A stretch of DNA of 64,000 bases from Eledone cirrhosa (taxonomy: Eukaryota): positions 46,934,001 to 46,998,000 of the forward strand of contig OZ024751.1 of assembly GCA_964016885.1 (NCBI GenBank), read 5' to 3'. Positions 16,901 to 32,284 of the stretch are shown one piece after another; within the stretch, counting starts at the first letter, position 1; the number at the start of each line of letters is the position of its first letter. The notes under the pieces were generated by a model. The model saw only the letters and a program-made list of their open reading frames with translations, had not been told where the DNA came from and ran no database searches. Position numbers and translations under genes: made by a program.

Positions 16901-19900
16901 AGTTAGCTCTGTCTTTCTATCTGTCATAGGGACCCTATCACAACCACAGATATTACAGAATATAGTTAGCACTGCCTTACTCTCTGTCATAGGGACCCTA
17001 TCACAACCACAGATATTACAGAATATAGTTAGCACTGCCTTACTCTCTGTCATAGGGACCCTATCACAACCACAGATATTACAGAATATAGTTAGCACTG
17101 CTTTACTCTCTGTCATAGGGACCCTATCACAACCACAGATATTACAGAATATAGTTAGCACTGCCTTACTCTCTGTCATAGGGACCCTATCACAACCACA
17201 GATATTACAGAATATAGTTAGCACTGCCTTACTCTCTGTCATAGGGACCCTATCACAACCACAGATATTACAGAATATAGTTAGCACTGCCTTACTCTCT
17301 GTCATAGGGACCCTATCACAACCACAGATATTACAGAATATAGTTAGCACTGCTTTACTCTCTGTCATAGGGACCCTATCACAACCACAGATATTACAGA
17401 ATATAGTTAGCACTGCCTTACTCTCTGTCATAGGGACCCTATCACAACCACAGATATTACAGAATATAGTTAGCCCTGCTTTACTCTCTGTCATAGGGAC
17501 CCTATCACAACCACAGATATTACAGAATATAGTTAGCACTGCCTTTCTCTCTGTCATAGGGACCCTATCACAACCACAGATATGATAGAATATAGTTAGC
17601 TCTGTCTTTCTATCTGCCATAGGGACCCTATCACAACCACAGATATTACAGAATATAGTTAGCACTGTCTTTCTCTCTGTGATAGGGACCCTATCACAAC
17701 CACAGATATTACAGAATATAATTAGCACTGCCTTACTCTCTGTCATAGGGACCCTATCACAACCACAGATATTACAGAATATAGTTAGCACTGCCTTACT
17801 CTCTGTCATAGGGACCCTATCACAACCACAGATATTAGGGAATATAATTAGCACTGTCTTTCTCTCTGTCATAGGGACCCTATCACAACCACAGATATTA
17901 CAGAATATAGTTAGCACTGCCTTTCTCTCTGTCATAGGGACCCTATCACAACCACAGATATTACAGAATATAGTTAGCACTGTCTTTCTCTCTGTCATAG
18001 GGACCCTACCACAACCACAGATATTACAGAATATAGTTAGCACTGCCTTACTCTCTGTCATAGGGACCCTATCACAACCACAGATATTACAGAATATAGT
18101 TAGCACTGTCTTTCTCTCTGTCATAGGGACGCTACCACAACCACAGATATTACAGAATATAGTTAGCACTGCCTTACTCTCTGTCATAGGGACCCTACCA
18201 CAACCACAGATATTACAGAATATAGTTAGCACTGCCTTACTCTCTGTCATAGGGACCCTACCACAACCACAGATATTACAGAATATAGTTAGCACTGCCT
18301 TACTCTCTGTCATAGGGACCCTACCACAACCACAGATATTACAGAATATAGTTAGCACTGCCTTACTCTCTGTCATAGGGACCCTACCACAACCACAGAT
18401 ATTACAGAATATAGTTAGCACTGCCTTACTTTCTGTCATATGGACCCTACCACAACCACAGATATTACAGAATATAGTTAGCACTGCCTTACTCTCTGTC
18501 ATAGGGACACTATCACAAACACAGATATTACAGAATATAGTTAGCTCTGCCTTTCTCTCTGTCATATGGACCCTATCACAATCACAGATATTAGGGAATA
18601 TAGTTAGCACTGCCTTACTCTCTGCCATAGGGACCCTATCACAACCACAGATATTACAGAATATAGTTAGCACTGCCTTACTCTCTGCCATAGGGACCCT
18701 ATCACAACCACAGATATTACAGAATATAGTTAGCACTGCCTTTCTCTCTGTCATAGGGACCCTATCACAACCACAGATATTACAGAATATAGTTAGCTCT
18801 GCCTTTCTCTCTGCCATAGGGACCCTATCACAACCACAGATATTACAGAATATAGTTAGCTCTGCCTTTCTCTCTGTCATAGGGACCCTATCACAACCAC
18901 AGATATTACAGAATATAGTTAGCTCTGCCTTTCTCTCTGTTATAGGGACCCTATCACAACCACAGATATTACAGAATATAGTTAGCACTGCCTTTCTCTC
19001 TGTCATAGGGACCCTATCACAACCACAGATATTACAGAATATAGTTAGCACTGCCTTTCTCTCTGTCATAGGGACCCTATCACAACCACAGATATTACAG
19101 AATATAGTTAGCACTGCCTTTCTCTCTGTCATAGGGACCCTATCACAACCACAGATATTACAGAATATAGTTAGCACTGCCTTTCTCTCTGCCATAGGGA
19201 CCCTATCACAACCACAGATATTACAGAATATAGTTAGCACTGCCTTTCTCTCTGTCATAGGGACCCTATCACAACCACAGATATTACAGAATATAGTTAG
19301 CTCTGCCTTTCTCTCTGTCATAGGGACCCTATCACAACCACAGATATTACAGAATATAGTTAGCACTGCCATACTCTCTGTCATAGGGACCCTATCACAA
19401 CCACAGATATTACAGAATATAGTTAGCACTGCCTTTCTCTCTGTCATAGGGACCCTATCACAACCACAGATATTACAGAATATAGTTAGCTCTGCCTTTC
19501 TCTCTGTCATAGGGACCCTATCACAACCACAGATATTACAGAATATAGTTAGCACTGCCATACTCTCTGTCATAGGGACCCTATCACAACCACAGATATT
19601 ACAGAATATAGTTAGCACTGCCTTTCTCTCTGTCATAGGGACCCTATCACAACCACAGATATTAGGGAATATAGTTAGCACTGCCTTACTCTCTGCCATA
19701 GGGACCCTATCACAACCACAGATATTAGGGAATATAGTTAGCACTGCCTTTCTCTCTGTCATAGGGACCCTATCACAACCACAGATATTAGGGAATATAG
19801 ATAGCACTGCCTTACTCTCTGCCATAGGGACCCTATCACAACCACAGATATTACAGAATATAGTTAGCACTGCCTTTCTCTCTGTCATAGGGACCCTATC

Positions 19901-22900
19901 ACAACCACAGATATTACAGAATATAGTTAGCTCTGCCTTTCTCTCTGCCATAGGGACCCTATCACAACCACAGATATTACAGAATATAGTTAGCTCTGCC
20001 TTTCTCTCTGTCATAGGGACCCTATCACAACCACAGATATTACAGAATATAGTTAGCTCTGCCTTTCTCTCTGTTATAGGGACCCTATCACAACCACAGA
20101 TATTACAGAATATAGTTAGCACTGCCTTTCTCTCTGTCATAGGGACCCTATCACAACCACAGATATTACAGAATATAGTTAGCACTGCCTTACTCTCTGT
20201 CATAGGGACCCTATCACAACCACAGATATTACAGAATATAGTTAGCACTGCCTTACTCTCTGTCATAGGGACCCTATCACAACCACAGATATTACAGAAT
20301 ATAGTTAGCACTGCTTTACTCTCTGTCATAGGGACCCTATCACAACCACAGATATTACAGAATATAGTTAGCACTGCCTTTCTCTCTGTCATAGGGACCC
20401 TATCACAACCACAGATATTACAGAATATAGTTAGCACTGCCTTTCTCTCTGTCATAGGGACCCTATCACAACCACAGATATTACAGAATATAGTTAGCCC
20501 TGCTTTACTCTCTGTCATAGGGACCCTATCACAACCACAGATATTACAGAATATAGTTAGCACTGCCTTTCTCTCTGTCATAGGGACCCTATCACAACCA
20601 CAGATATTATAGAATATAGTTAGCTCTGTCTTTCTATCTGCCATAGGGACCCTATCACAACCACAGATATTACAGAATATAGTTAGCACTGTCTTTCTCT
20701 CTGTGATAGGGACCCTATCACAACCACAGATATTACAGAATATAATTAGCACTGCCTTACTCTCTGTCATAGGGACCCTATCACAACCACAGATATTACA
20801 GAATATAGTTAGCACTGCCTTACTCTCTGTCATAGGGACCCTATCACAACCACAGATATTAGGGAATATAATTAGCACTGTCTTTCTCTCTGTCATAGGG
20901 ACCCTATCACAACCACAGATATTACAGAATATAGTTAGCACTGCATTTCTCTCTGTCATAGGGACCCTATCACAACCACAGATATTACAGAATATAGTTA
21001 GCACTGTCTTTCTCTCTGTCATAGGGACCCTACCACAACCACAGATATTACAGAATATAGTTAGCACTGCCTTACTCTCTGTCATAGGGACCCTATCACA
21101 ACCACAGATATTACAGAATATAGTTAGCACTGTCTTTCTCTCTGTCATAGGGACGCTACCACAACCACAGATATTACAGAATATAGTTAGCACTGCCTTA
21201 CTCTCTGTCATAGGGACCCTACCACAACCACAGATATTACAGAATATAGTTAGCACTGCCTTACTCTCTGTCATAGGGACCCTACCACAACCACAGATAT
21301 TACAGAATATAGTTAGCACTGCCTTACTCTCTGTCATAGGGACCCTACCACAACCACAGATATTACAGAATATAGTTAGCACTGCCTTACTCTCTGTCAT
21401 ATGGACCCTACCACAACCACAGATATTACAGAATATAGTTAGCACTGCCTTACTCTCTGTCATAGGGACACTATCACAAACACAGATATTACAGAATATA
21501 GTTAGCTCTGCCTTTCTCTCTGTCATAGGGACCCTATCACAATCACAGATATTAGGGAATATAGTTAGCACTGCCTTACTCTCTGCCATAGGGACCGTAT
21601 CACAACCACAGATATTACAGAATATAGTTAGCACTGCCTTACTCTCTGCCATAGGGACCCTATCACAACCACAGATATTACAGAATATAGTTAGCACTGC
21701 CTTTCTCTCTGTCATAGGGACCCTATCACAACCACAGATATTACAGAATATAGTTAGCTCTGCCTTTCTCTCTGCCATAGGGACCCTATCACAACCACAG
21801 ATATTACAGAATATAGTTAGCTCTGCCTTTCTCTCTGTCATAGGGACCCTATCACAACCACAGATATTACAGAATATAGTTAGCTCTGCCTTTCTCTCTG
21901 TTATAGGGACCCTATCACAACCACAGATATTACAAAATATAGTTAGCACTGCCTTTCTCTCTGTCATAGGGACCCTATCACAACCACAGATATTACAGAA
22001 TATAGTTAGCACTGCCTTTCTCTCTGTCATAGGGACCCTATCACAACCACAGATATTACAGAATATAGTTAGCACTGCCTTTCTCTCTGTCATAGGGACC
22101 CTATCACAACCACAGATATTACAGAATATAGTTAGCACTGCCTTTCTCTCTGCCATAGGGACCCTATCACAACCACAGATATTACAGAATATAGTTAGCA
22201 CTGCCTTTCTCTCTGTCATAGGGACCCTATCACAACCACAGATATTACAGAATATAGTTAGCTCTGCCTTTCTCTCTGTCATAGGGACCCTATCACAACC
22301 ACAGATATTACAGAATATAGTTAGCACTGCCATACTCTCTGTCATAGGGACCCTATCACAACCACAGATATTACAGAATATAGTTAGCACTGCCTTTCTC
22401 TCTGTCATAGGGACCCTATCACAACCACAGATATTACAGAATATAGGTAGCTCTGCCTTTCTCTCTGTCATAGGGACCCTATCACAACCACAGATATTAC
22501 AGAATATAGTTAGCACTGCCATACTCTCTGTCATAGGGACCCTATCACAACCACAGATATTACAGAATATAGTTAGCACTGCCTTTCTCTCTGTCATAGG
22601 GACCCTATCACAACCACAGATATTAGGGAATATAGTTAGCACTGCCTTACTCTCTGCCATAGGGACCCTATCACAACCACAGATATTAGGGAATATAGTT
22701 AGCACTGCCTTTCTCTCTGTCATAGGGACCCTATCACAACCACAGATATTAGGGAATATAGATAGCACTGCCTTACTCTCTGCCATAGGGACCCTATCAC
22801 AACCACAGATATTACAGAATATAGTTAGCACTGCCTTTCTCTCTGTCATAGGGACCCTATCACAACCACAGATATTACAGAATATAGTTAGCTCTGCCTT

Positions 22901-25900
22901 TCTCTCTGCCATAGGGACCCTATCACAACCACAGATATTACAGAATATAGTTAGCTCTGCCTTTCTCTCTGTCATAGGGACCCTATCACAACCACAGATA
23001 TTACAGAATATAGTTAGCTCTGCCTTTCTCTCTGTTATAGGGACCCTATCACAACCACAGATATTACAGAATATAGTTAGCACTGCCTTTCTCTCTGTCA
23101 TAGGGACCCTATCACAACCACAGATATTACAGAATATAGTTAGCACTGCCTTTCTCTCTGTCATAGGGACCCTATCACAACCACAGATATTACAGAATAT
23201 AGTTAGCACTGCCTTACTCTCTGCCATAGGGACCCTATCACAACCACAAATATTACAGAATATAGTTAGCACTGCCTTACTCTCTGTCATAGGGACCCTA
23301 TCACAACCACAGATATTACAGAATATAGTTAGCACTGCCTTACTCTCTGTCATAGGGACCCTATCACAACCACAGATATTACAGAATATAGTTAGCACTG
23401 CTTTACTCTCTGTCATAGGGACCCTATCACAACCACAAATATTACAGAATATAGTTAGCACTGCCTTACTCTCTGTCATAGGGACCCTATCACAACCACA
23501 GATATTACAGAATATAGTTAGCACTGTCTTTCTCTCTGTCATAGGGACCCTACCACAACCACAGATATTACAGAATATAGTTAGCACTGCCTTACTCTCT
23601 GTCATAGGGACCCTACCACAACCACAGATATTACAGAATATAGTTAGCACTGCCTTACTCTCTGTCATAGGGACCCTACCACAACCACAGATATTACAGA
23701 ATATAGTTAGCACTGCCTTACTCTCTGTCATAGGGACCCTACCACAACCACAGATATTACAGAATATAGTTAGCACTGCCTTACTCTCTGTCATAGGGAC
23801 CCTACCACAACCACAGATATTACAGAATATAGTTAGCACTGCCTTACTCTCTGTCATATGGACCCTACCACAACCACAGATATTACAGAATATAGTTAGC
23901 ACTGCCTTACTCTCTGTCATAGGGACACTATCACAAACACAGATATTACAGAATATAGTTAGCTCTGCCTTTCTCTCTGTCATAGGGACCCTATCACAAT
24001 CACAGATATTAGGGAATATAGTTAGCACTGCCTTACTCTCTGCCATAGGGACCCTATCACAACCACAGATATTACAGAATATAGTTAGCACTGCCTTATT
24101 CTCTGCCATAGGGACCCTATCACAACCACAGATATTACAGAATATAGTTAGCACTGCCTTTCTCTCTGTCATAGGGACCCTATCACAACCACAGATATTA
24201 CAGAATATAGTTAGCACTGCCTTTCTCTCTGTCATAGGGACCCTATCACAACCACAGATATTACAGAATATAGTTAGCACTGCCTTTCTCTCTGTCATAG
24301 GGACCCTATCACAACCACAGATATTACAGAATATAGTTAGCACTGCCTTTCTCTCTGTCATAGGGACCCTATCACAACCACAGATATTACAGAATATAGT
24401 TAGCACTGCCTTTCTCTCTGCCATAGGGACCCTATCACAACCACAGATATTACAGAATATAGTTTGCACTGCCTTTCTCTCTGTCATAGGGACCCTATCA
24501 CAACCACAGATATTACAGAATATAGTTAACTCTGCCTTTCTCTCTGTCATAGGGACCCTATCACAACCACAGATATTACAGAATATAGTTAGCACTGCCA
24601 TACTCTCTGTCATAGAGACCCTATCACAACCACAGATATTACAGAATATAGTTAGCACTGCCTTTCTCTCTGTCATAGGGACCCTATCACAACCACAGAT
24701 ATTAGGGAATATAGATAGCACTGCCTTACTCTCTGCCATAGGGACCCTATCACAACCACAGATATTACAGAATATAGTTAGCACTGCCTTACTCTCTGCC
24801 ATAGGGACCCTATCACAACCACAAATATTACAGAATATAGTTAGCACTGCCTTACTCTCTGTCATAGGGACCCTATCACAACCACAGATATTAGAGAATA
24901 TAGTTAGCACTGCCTTACTCTCTGTCATAGGGACCCTATCACAACCACAGATATTACAGAATATAGTTAGCACTGCCTTACTCTCTGCCATAGGGAACCT
25001 ATCACAACCACAGATATTAGGGAATATAGTTAGCTCTGCCTTTCTCTCTGTCATAGGGACCCTATCACAACCACAGATATTACAGAATATAATTAGCACT
25101 GCCTTACTCTCTGCCATAGGGACCCTATCACAACCACAGATAATACAGAATATAATTAGCTCTGCCTTTCTCTCTGTCATAGGGACCCTATCACAACCAC
25201 AGATATTACAGAATATAGTTAGCACTGCCTGTCTCTCTGACATAGGGACCCTATCACAACCACAGATATTACAGAATATAGTTAGCACTGCTTGTCTCTC
25301 TGTCATAGGGACCCTATCACAACCACAGATATTAGAGAATATAGTTAGCACTGTCTTTCTCTCTGTCATAGGGACCCTATCACAACCACAGATATTACAG
25401 AATATAGTTAGCACTGCCTGTCTCTCTGTCATAGGGACCCTATCACAACCACAGATATTACAGAATATAGTTAGCACTGCCTGTCTCTCTGTCATAGGGA
25501 CCCTATCACAACCACAGATATTACAGAATATAGTTAGCACTGCCTGTCTCTCTGTCATAGGGACCCTATCACAACCACAGATAATACAGAATATAATTAG
25601 CTCTGCCTTTCTCTCTGTCATAGGGACCCTATCACAACCACAGATATTACAGAATATAGTTAGCACTGTCTTTCTCTCTGTCATAGGGACCCTATCACAA
25701 CCACAGATATTAGAGAATATAGTTAGCACTGTCTTTCTCTCTGTCATAGGGACCCTATCACAACCACAGATATTAGGGAATATAGTTAGCACTGTCTTTC
25801 TCTCTGTCATAGGGACCCTATCACAACCACAGATATTACAGAATATAGTTAGCACTGTCTTTCTCTCTGTCATAGGGACCCTATCACAACCACAGATATT

Positions 25901-28900
25901 AGGGAATATAGTTAGCACTGTCTTTCTCTCTGTCATAGGGACCCTATCACAACCACAGATATTACAGAATATAATTAGCACTGCCTTTCTCTCTGTCATA
26001 GGGACCCTATCACAACCACAGATATTAGGGAATATAGTTAGCTCTGCCTTTCTCTCTGTCATAGGGACCCTATCACAACCACAGATATTACAGAATATAA
26101 TTAGCTCTGCCTTCCTCTCTGTCATAGGGACCCTATCACAACCACAGATATTACAGAATATAATTAGCTCTGCCTTACTCTCTGTCATAGGGACCCTATC
26201 ACAACCACAGATTTTACAGAATATAGTTAGCACTGTCTTTCTCTCTGTCATAGGGACCCTATCACAACCACAGATATTACAGAATATAGTTAGCACTGTC
26301 TTTCTCTCTGTCATAGGGACCCTATCACAACCACAGATATTACAGAATATAGTTAGCACTGTCTTTCTCTCTGTCATAGGGACCCTATCACAACCACAGA
26401 TATTACAGAATATAGTTAGCACTGTCTTTCTCTCTGTCATAGGGACCCTATCACAACCACAGATATTACAGAATATAGTTAGCACTGCCTTACTCTCTGC
26501 CATAGGGACCCTATCACGACCACAGATATTACAGAATATAATTAGCTCTGCCTTTCTCTCTGTCATAGGGACCCTATCACAACCACAGATATTACAGAAT
26601 ATAGTTAACTCTGCCTTTCTCTCTGTCATAGGGACCCTATCACAACCACAGATATTACAGAATATAGTTAGCTCTGCCTTTCTCTCTGTCATAGGGACCC
26701 TATCACAACCACAGATATTAGAGAATATAATTAGCACTGTCTTTCTCTCTGTCATAGGGACCCTATCACAACCACAGATATTAGAGAATATAATTAGCAC
26801 TGTCTTTCTCTCTGTCATAGGGACCCTATCACAACCACAGATATTACAGAATATAGTTAGCTCTGCCTTTCTCTCTGTCATAGGGACCCTACCACAACCA
26901 CAGATATTACAGAATATAGTTAGCACTGCCTTTCTCTCTGTCATAGGGACCCTATCACAACCACAGATATTACAGAATATAGTTAGCTCTGCCTTTCTCT
27001 CTGTCATAGGGACCCTATCACAACCACAGATATTACAGAATATAATTAGCACTGTCTTTCTCTCTGTCATAGGGACCCTACCACAACCACAGATATTACA
27101 GAATATAGTTAGCTCTGTCTTTCTATCTGTCATAGGGACCCTACCACAACCACAGATATTACAGAATATAGTTAGCACTGCCTTTCTCTCTGTCATAGGG
27201 ACCCTATCACAACCACAGATATTACAGAATATAGTTAGCTCTGCCTTTCTCTCTGTCATAGGGACCCTATCACAACCACAGATATTACAGAATATAGTTA
27301 GCACTGTCTTTCTCTCTGTCATAGGGACCCTATCACAACCACAGATATTACAGAATATAGTTAGCTCTGTCTTTCTCTCTGTCATAGGGACCCTATCACA
27401 ACCACAGATATTACAGAATATAGTTAGCTCTGCCTTTCTCTCTGTCATAGGGACCCTATCACAACCACAGATATTACAGAATATAGTTAGCACTGTCTTT
27501 CTCTCTGTCATAGGGACCCTATCACAACCACAGATATTACAGAATATAGTTAGCTCTGCCTTTCTCTCTGTCATAGGGACCCTATCACAACCACAGATAT
27601 TACAGAATATAGTTAGCTCTGCCTTTCTCTCTGTCATAGGGACCCCATCACAACCACAGATATTACAGAATATAGTTAGCTCTGCCTTTCTCTCTGTCAT
27701 AGGGACCCTATCACAACCACAGATATTACAGAATATAGTTAGCTCTGCCTTTCTCTCTGTCATAGGGACCCTATCACAACCACAGATATTACAGATTATA
27801 GTTAGCACTGCCTTACTCTCTGTCATAGGGACCCTATCACAACCACAGATATTACAGAATATAGTTAGCACTGCCTTACTTTCTGTCATAGGGACCCTAT
27901 CACAACCACAGATATTACAGAATATAGTTAGCACTGCCTTACTCTCTGTCATAGGGACCCTATCACAACCACAGATATTACAGAATATAGTTAGCACTGC
28001 CTTACTCTCTGTCATAGGGACCCTATGACAACCACAGATATTAGGGAATATAGTTAGCACAGCCTTTCTCTCTGTCATAGGGACCCTATCACAACCACAG
28101 ATATTAGGGAATATAGTTAGCACTGCCTTTCTCTCTGTCATAGGGACCCTATCACAACCACAGATATTACAGAATATAGTTAGCACTGCCTTTCTCTCTG
28201 TCATAGGGACCCTATCACAACCACAGATATTAGTGAATATAGTTAGCACTGTCTTTCTCTCTGTCATAGGGACCCTACCACAACCACAGATATTACAGAA
28301 TATAGTTAGCACTGCCTTACTCTCTGTCATAGGGACCCTATCACAACCACAGATATTACAGAATATAATTAGCACTGCCTTTCTCTCTGTCATAGGGACC
28401 CTATCACAACCACAGATATTAGGGAATATAGTTAGCTCTGCCTTTCTCTCTGTCATAGGGACCCTATCACAACCACAGATATTACAGAATATAATTAGCT
28501 CTGCCTTCCTCTCTGTCATAGGGACCCTATCACAACCACAGATATTACAGAATATAGTTAGCTCTGCCTTTCTCTCTGTCATAGGGACCCTATCACAACC
28601 ACAGATATTACAGAATATAATTAGCTCTGCCTTACTCTCTGTCATAGGGACCCTATCACAACCACAGATATTACAGAATATAGTTAGCACTGTCTTTCTC
28701 TCTGTCATAGGGACCCTATCACAACCACAGATATTACAGAATATAGTTAGCACTGTCTTTCTCTCTGTCATAGGGACCCTATCACAACCACAGATATTAC
28801 AGAATATAGTTAGCACTGTCTTTCTCTCTGTCATAGGGACCCTATCACAACCACAGATATTACAGAATATAGTTAGCACTGCCTTACTCTCTGCCATAGG

Positions 28901-31107
28901 GACCCTATCACGACCACAGATATTACAGAATATAATTAGCTCTGCCTTTCTCTCTGTCATAGGGACCCTATCACAACCACAGATATTACAGAATATAGTT
29001 AGCTCTGCCTTTCTCTCTGTCATAGGGACCCTATCACAACCACAGATATTACAGAATATAGTTAGCTCTGCCTTTCTCTCTGTCATAGGGACCCTATCAC
29101 AACCACAGATATTAGAGAATATAATTAGCACTGTCTTTCTCTCTGTCATAGGGACCCTATCACAACCACAGATATTAGAGAATATAATTAGCACTGTCTT
29201 TCTCTCTGTCATAGGGACCCTATCACAACCACAGATATTACAGAATATAGTTAGCTCTGCCTTTCTCTCTGTCATAGGGACCCTACCACGACCACAGATA
29301 TTACAGAATATAGTTAGCACTGCCTTTCTCTCTGTCATAGGGACCCTATCACAACCACAGATATTACAGAATATAGTTAGCTCTGCCTTTCTCTCTGTCA
29401 TAGGGACCCTATCACAACCACAGATATTACATAATATAATTAGCACTGTCTTTCTCTCTGTCATAGGGACCCTACCACAACCACAGATATTACAGAATAT
29501 AGTTAGCTCTGTCTTTCTATCTGTCATAGGGACCCTACCACAACCACAGATATTACAGAATATAGTTAGCACTGCCTTTCTCTCTGTCATAGGGACCCTA
29601 TCACAACCACATATATTACAGAATATAGTTAGCTCTGCCTTTCTCTCTGTCATAGGGACCCTATCACAACCACAGATATTACAGAATATAGTTAGCACTG
29701 TCTTTCTCTCTGTCATAGGGACCCTATCACAACCACAGATATTACAGAATATAGTTAGCTCTGTCTTTCTCTCTGTCATAGGGACCCTATCACAACCACA
29801 GATATTACAGAATATAGTTAGCACTGTCTTTCTCTCTGTCATAGGGACCCTATCACAACCACAGATATTACAGAATATAGTTAGCTCTGCCTTTCTCTCT
29901 GTCATAGGGACCCTATCACAACCACAGATATTACAGAATATAGTTAGCACTGCCTTACTCTCTGTCATAGGGACCCTATCACAACCACAGATATTAGGGA
30001 ATATAGTTAGCACTGCCTTTCTCTCTGTCATAGGGACCCTATCACAACCACAGATATTAGGGAATATAGTTAGCACTGCCTTTCTCTCTGTCATAGGGAC
30101 CCTATCACAACCACAGATATTACAGAATATAGTTAGCTCTGCCTTTCTCTCTGTCATAGGGACCCCATCACAACCACAGATATTACAGAATATAGTTAGC
30201 TCTGCCTTTCTCTCTGTCATAGGGACCCTATCACAACCACAGATATTACAGAATATAGTTAGCTCTGCCTTTCTCTCTGTCATAGGGACCCTATCACAAC
30301 CACAGATATTACAGATTATAGTTAGCACTGCCTTACTCTCTGTCATAGGGACCCTATCACAACCACAGATATTACAGAATATAGTTAGCACTGCCTTACT
30401 CTCTGTCATAGGGACCCTATCACAACCACAGATATTACAGAATATAGTTAGCACTGCCTTACTCTCTGTCATAGGGACCCTATCACAACCACAGATATTA
30501 CAGAATATAGTTAGCACTGCCTTACTCTCTGTCATAGGGACCCTATCACAACCACAGATATTAGGGAATATAGTTAGCACTGCCTTTCTCTCTGTCATAG
30601 GGACCCTATCACAACCACAGATATTAGGGAATATAGTTAGCACTGCCTTTCTCTCTGTCATAGGGACCCTATCACAACCACAGATATTACAGAATATAGT
30701 TAGCTCTGCCTTTCTCTCTGTCATAGGGACCCCATCACAACCACAGATATTACAGAATATAGTTAGCTCTGCCTTTCTCTCTGTCATAGGGACCCTATCA
30801 CAACCACAGATATTACAGAATATAGTTAGCTCTGCCTTTCTCTCTGTCATAGGGACCCTATCACAACCACAGATATTACAGATTATAGTTAGCACTGCCT
30901 TACTCTCTGTCATAGGGACCCTATCACAACCACAGATATTACAGAATATAGTTAGCACTGCCTTACTCTCTGTCATAGGGACCCTATCACAACCACAGAT
31001 ATTACAGAATATAGTTAGCACTGCCTTACTCTCTGTCATAGGGACCCTATCACAACCACAGATATTACAGAATATAGTTAGCACTGTCTTTCTCTCTGTC
31101 ATAGGGC
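4907..31107. repeat. 63-bp tandem satellite array, ~26.2 kb, ~416 units
   Basis: Consensus gggaccctatcacaaccacagatattacagaatatagttagcactgcctttctctctgtcata; few variable positions; only three indels seen (~8795, ~11691, ~13595); 21-codon period gives long ORFs on both strands. Confidence 0.98.
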
Positions 31108-31300
31108 TGTGGACCAAGGATTGGCAGTATCGGTGGAGGGTCGGACGCCATGCTTTCCAGCATAGTTACGTCTCTTTACGATCTGAGTTCAAATCCCGCC
31201 GAGGTTGACTTTGCCTTTCATCCTTACGAGGTCTATAAAATAAAGTACCAGTAATGCACTGGATAATTGCTGGCCTTGTGCCTAAAGTAGAAACAATTAT
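31104..31300 (+). mobile_element. SINE family A, near full length, interrupting the last satellite unit
   Basis: ggattggcagtatcgg (A box), gagttcaaatcc (B box), gcctttcatccttacgaggtc central domain, ending agaaacaattat; satellite-like sequence resumes at ~31298. Confidence 0.85.
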
Positions 31301-31619
31301 CACACTCACAGATATTACACAATACTTTAGTCAGAGTGAGTATGGTAGATATTGCTCTGGTTCTGTCTCTTGTTCTTTCTTGTTCCGACCAATTTTATTG
31401 TGTATTTTTTATTCCTTTCTTTACAATCCTACTCCATTTTTTTTTTTTTTTTGTCATTAGTATTGTTTCTATTGTCACTTCTAGAAACGCTGTTTTCTCT
31501 TCAGCTTAAAAGGGAAGTTGTTATAATTTGGTTTTGTTTTTTTTAAATTGGCAGCTTTCGTAGTTAGTTAAACAATATTGTATTCGTCGATGATTGGTGC
31601 GAATATTTTGATATTACAG

Positions 31620-31661
<42 letters not shown>

Positions 31662-32284
31662 ATAATAAAATCGGTGTTAACTCGCCTTCCCCTCATCCAT
31701 GTTTTTCGTTTGATGCCATTTTGAAAGACTCTCCGTCAGAAGCACAGACAGTTTCAAATAGAGATATAGACATATATACATATATATAAATATATCTTTC
31801 TGCGAAGAATATTTACGTTCGAAGCGTAAAAAAAAAAAGAAAAAGAAAAATTTCCATATATCTAATGACAAAAATGCTTATATAATCAATTTTATTATAT
31901 TTTTGTGATACTTATTCTGGTGCCTACTTTATATAATACTTGCTCGGGATTTGCTCTAGGGTTCTTATATATTTGATATATATTTATCCTTCTCGAGCCT
32001 CGTGAAGTAAATACGTTTGTTTATATTTTGTTATTGTGTATGCAAAAATATCTGTACACGAATATATAAATAACAGTACAGAGAAGTACGGAATACCTCG
32101 GCCTCGGGTTGGTGTCTACATTTTGTGCTTATAAAAAAAAGTTCGTCGAGTTTGAAATTATAAATATAAGCTATCGCCGTATTTTGACTAAAGAAATTAA
32201 AGAAATTATTTTGCCTGATAGTGGGGTTAAGAACCCTCGGAGAAATGGAAAAAGATGAGTTTTGATATCCATCAATACTCATCT

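Noticed and set aside
4907-31107. CRISPR-like array
   Set aside because: No unique spacers; units are contiguous near-identical 63-mers; no cas genes; eukaryotic context
4907-31107. Each unit as a mini exon/intron (ctttctctctgtcatag|G acceptor, gttagc donor)
   Set aside because: Implied intron is only 28 nt, too short for typical metazoan splicing, and there is no transcript evidence
9933-31208. Plus-strand giant ORFs (IGTLSQPQILQNIVSTAFLSV)n
   Set aside because: Consequence of a 63-bp period; interrupted by stops; starts are non-ATG variants
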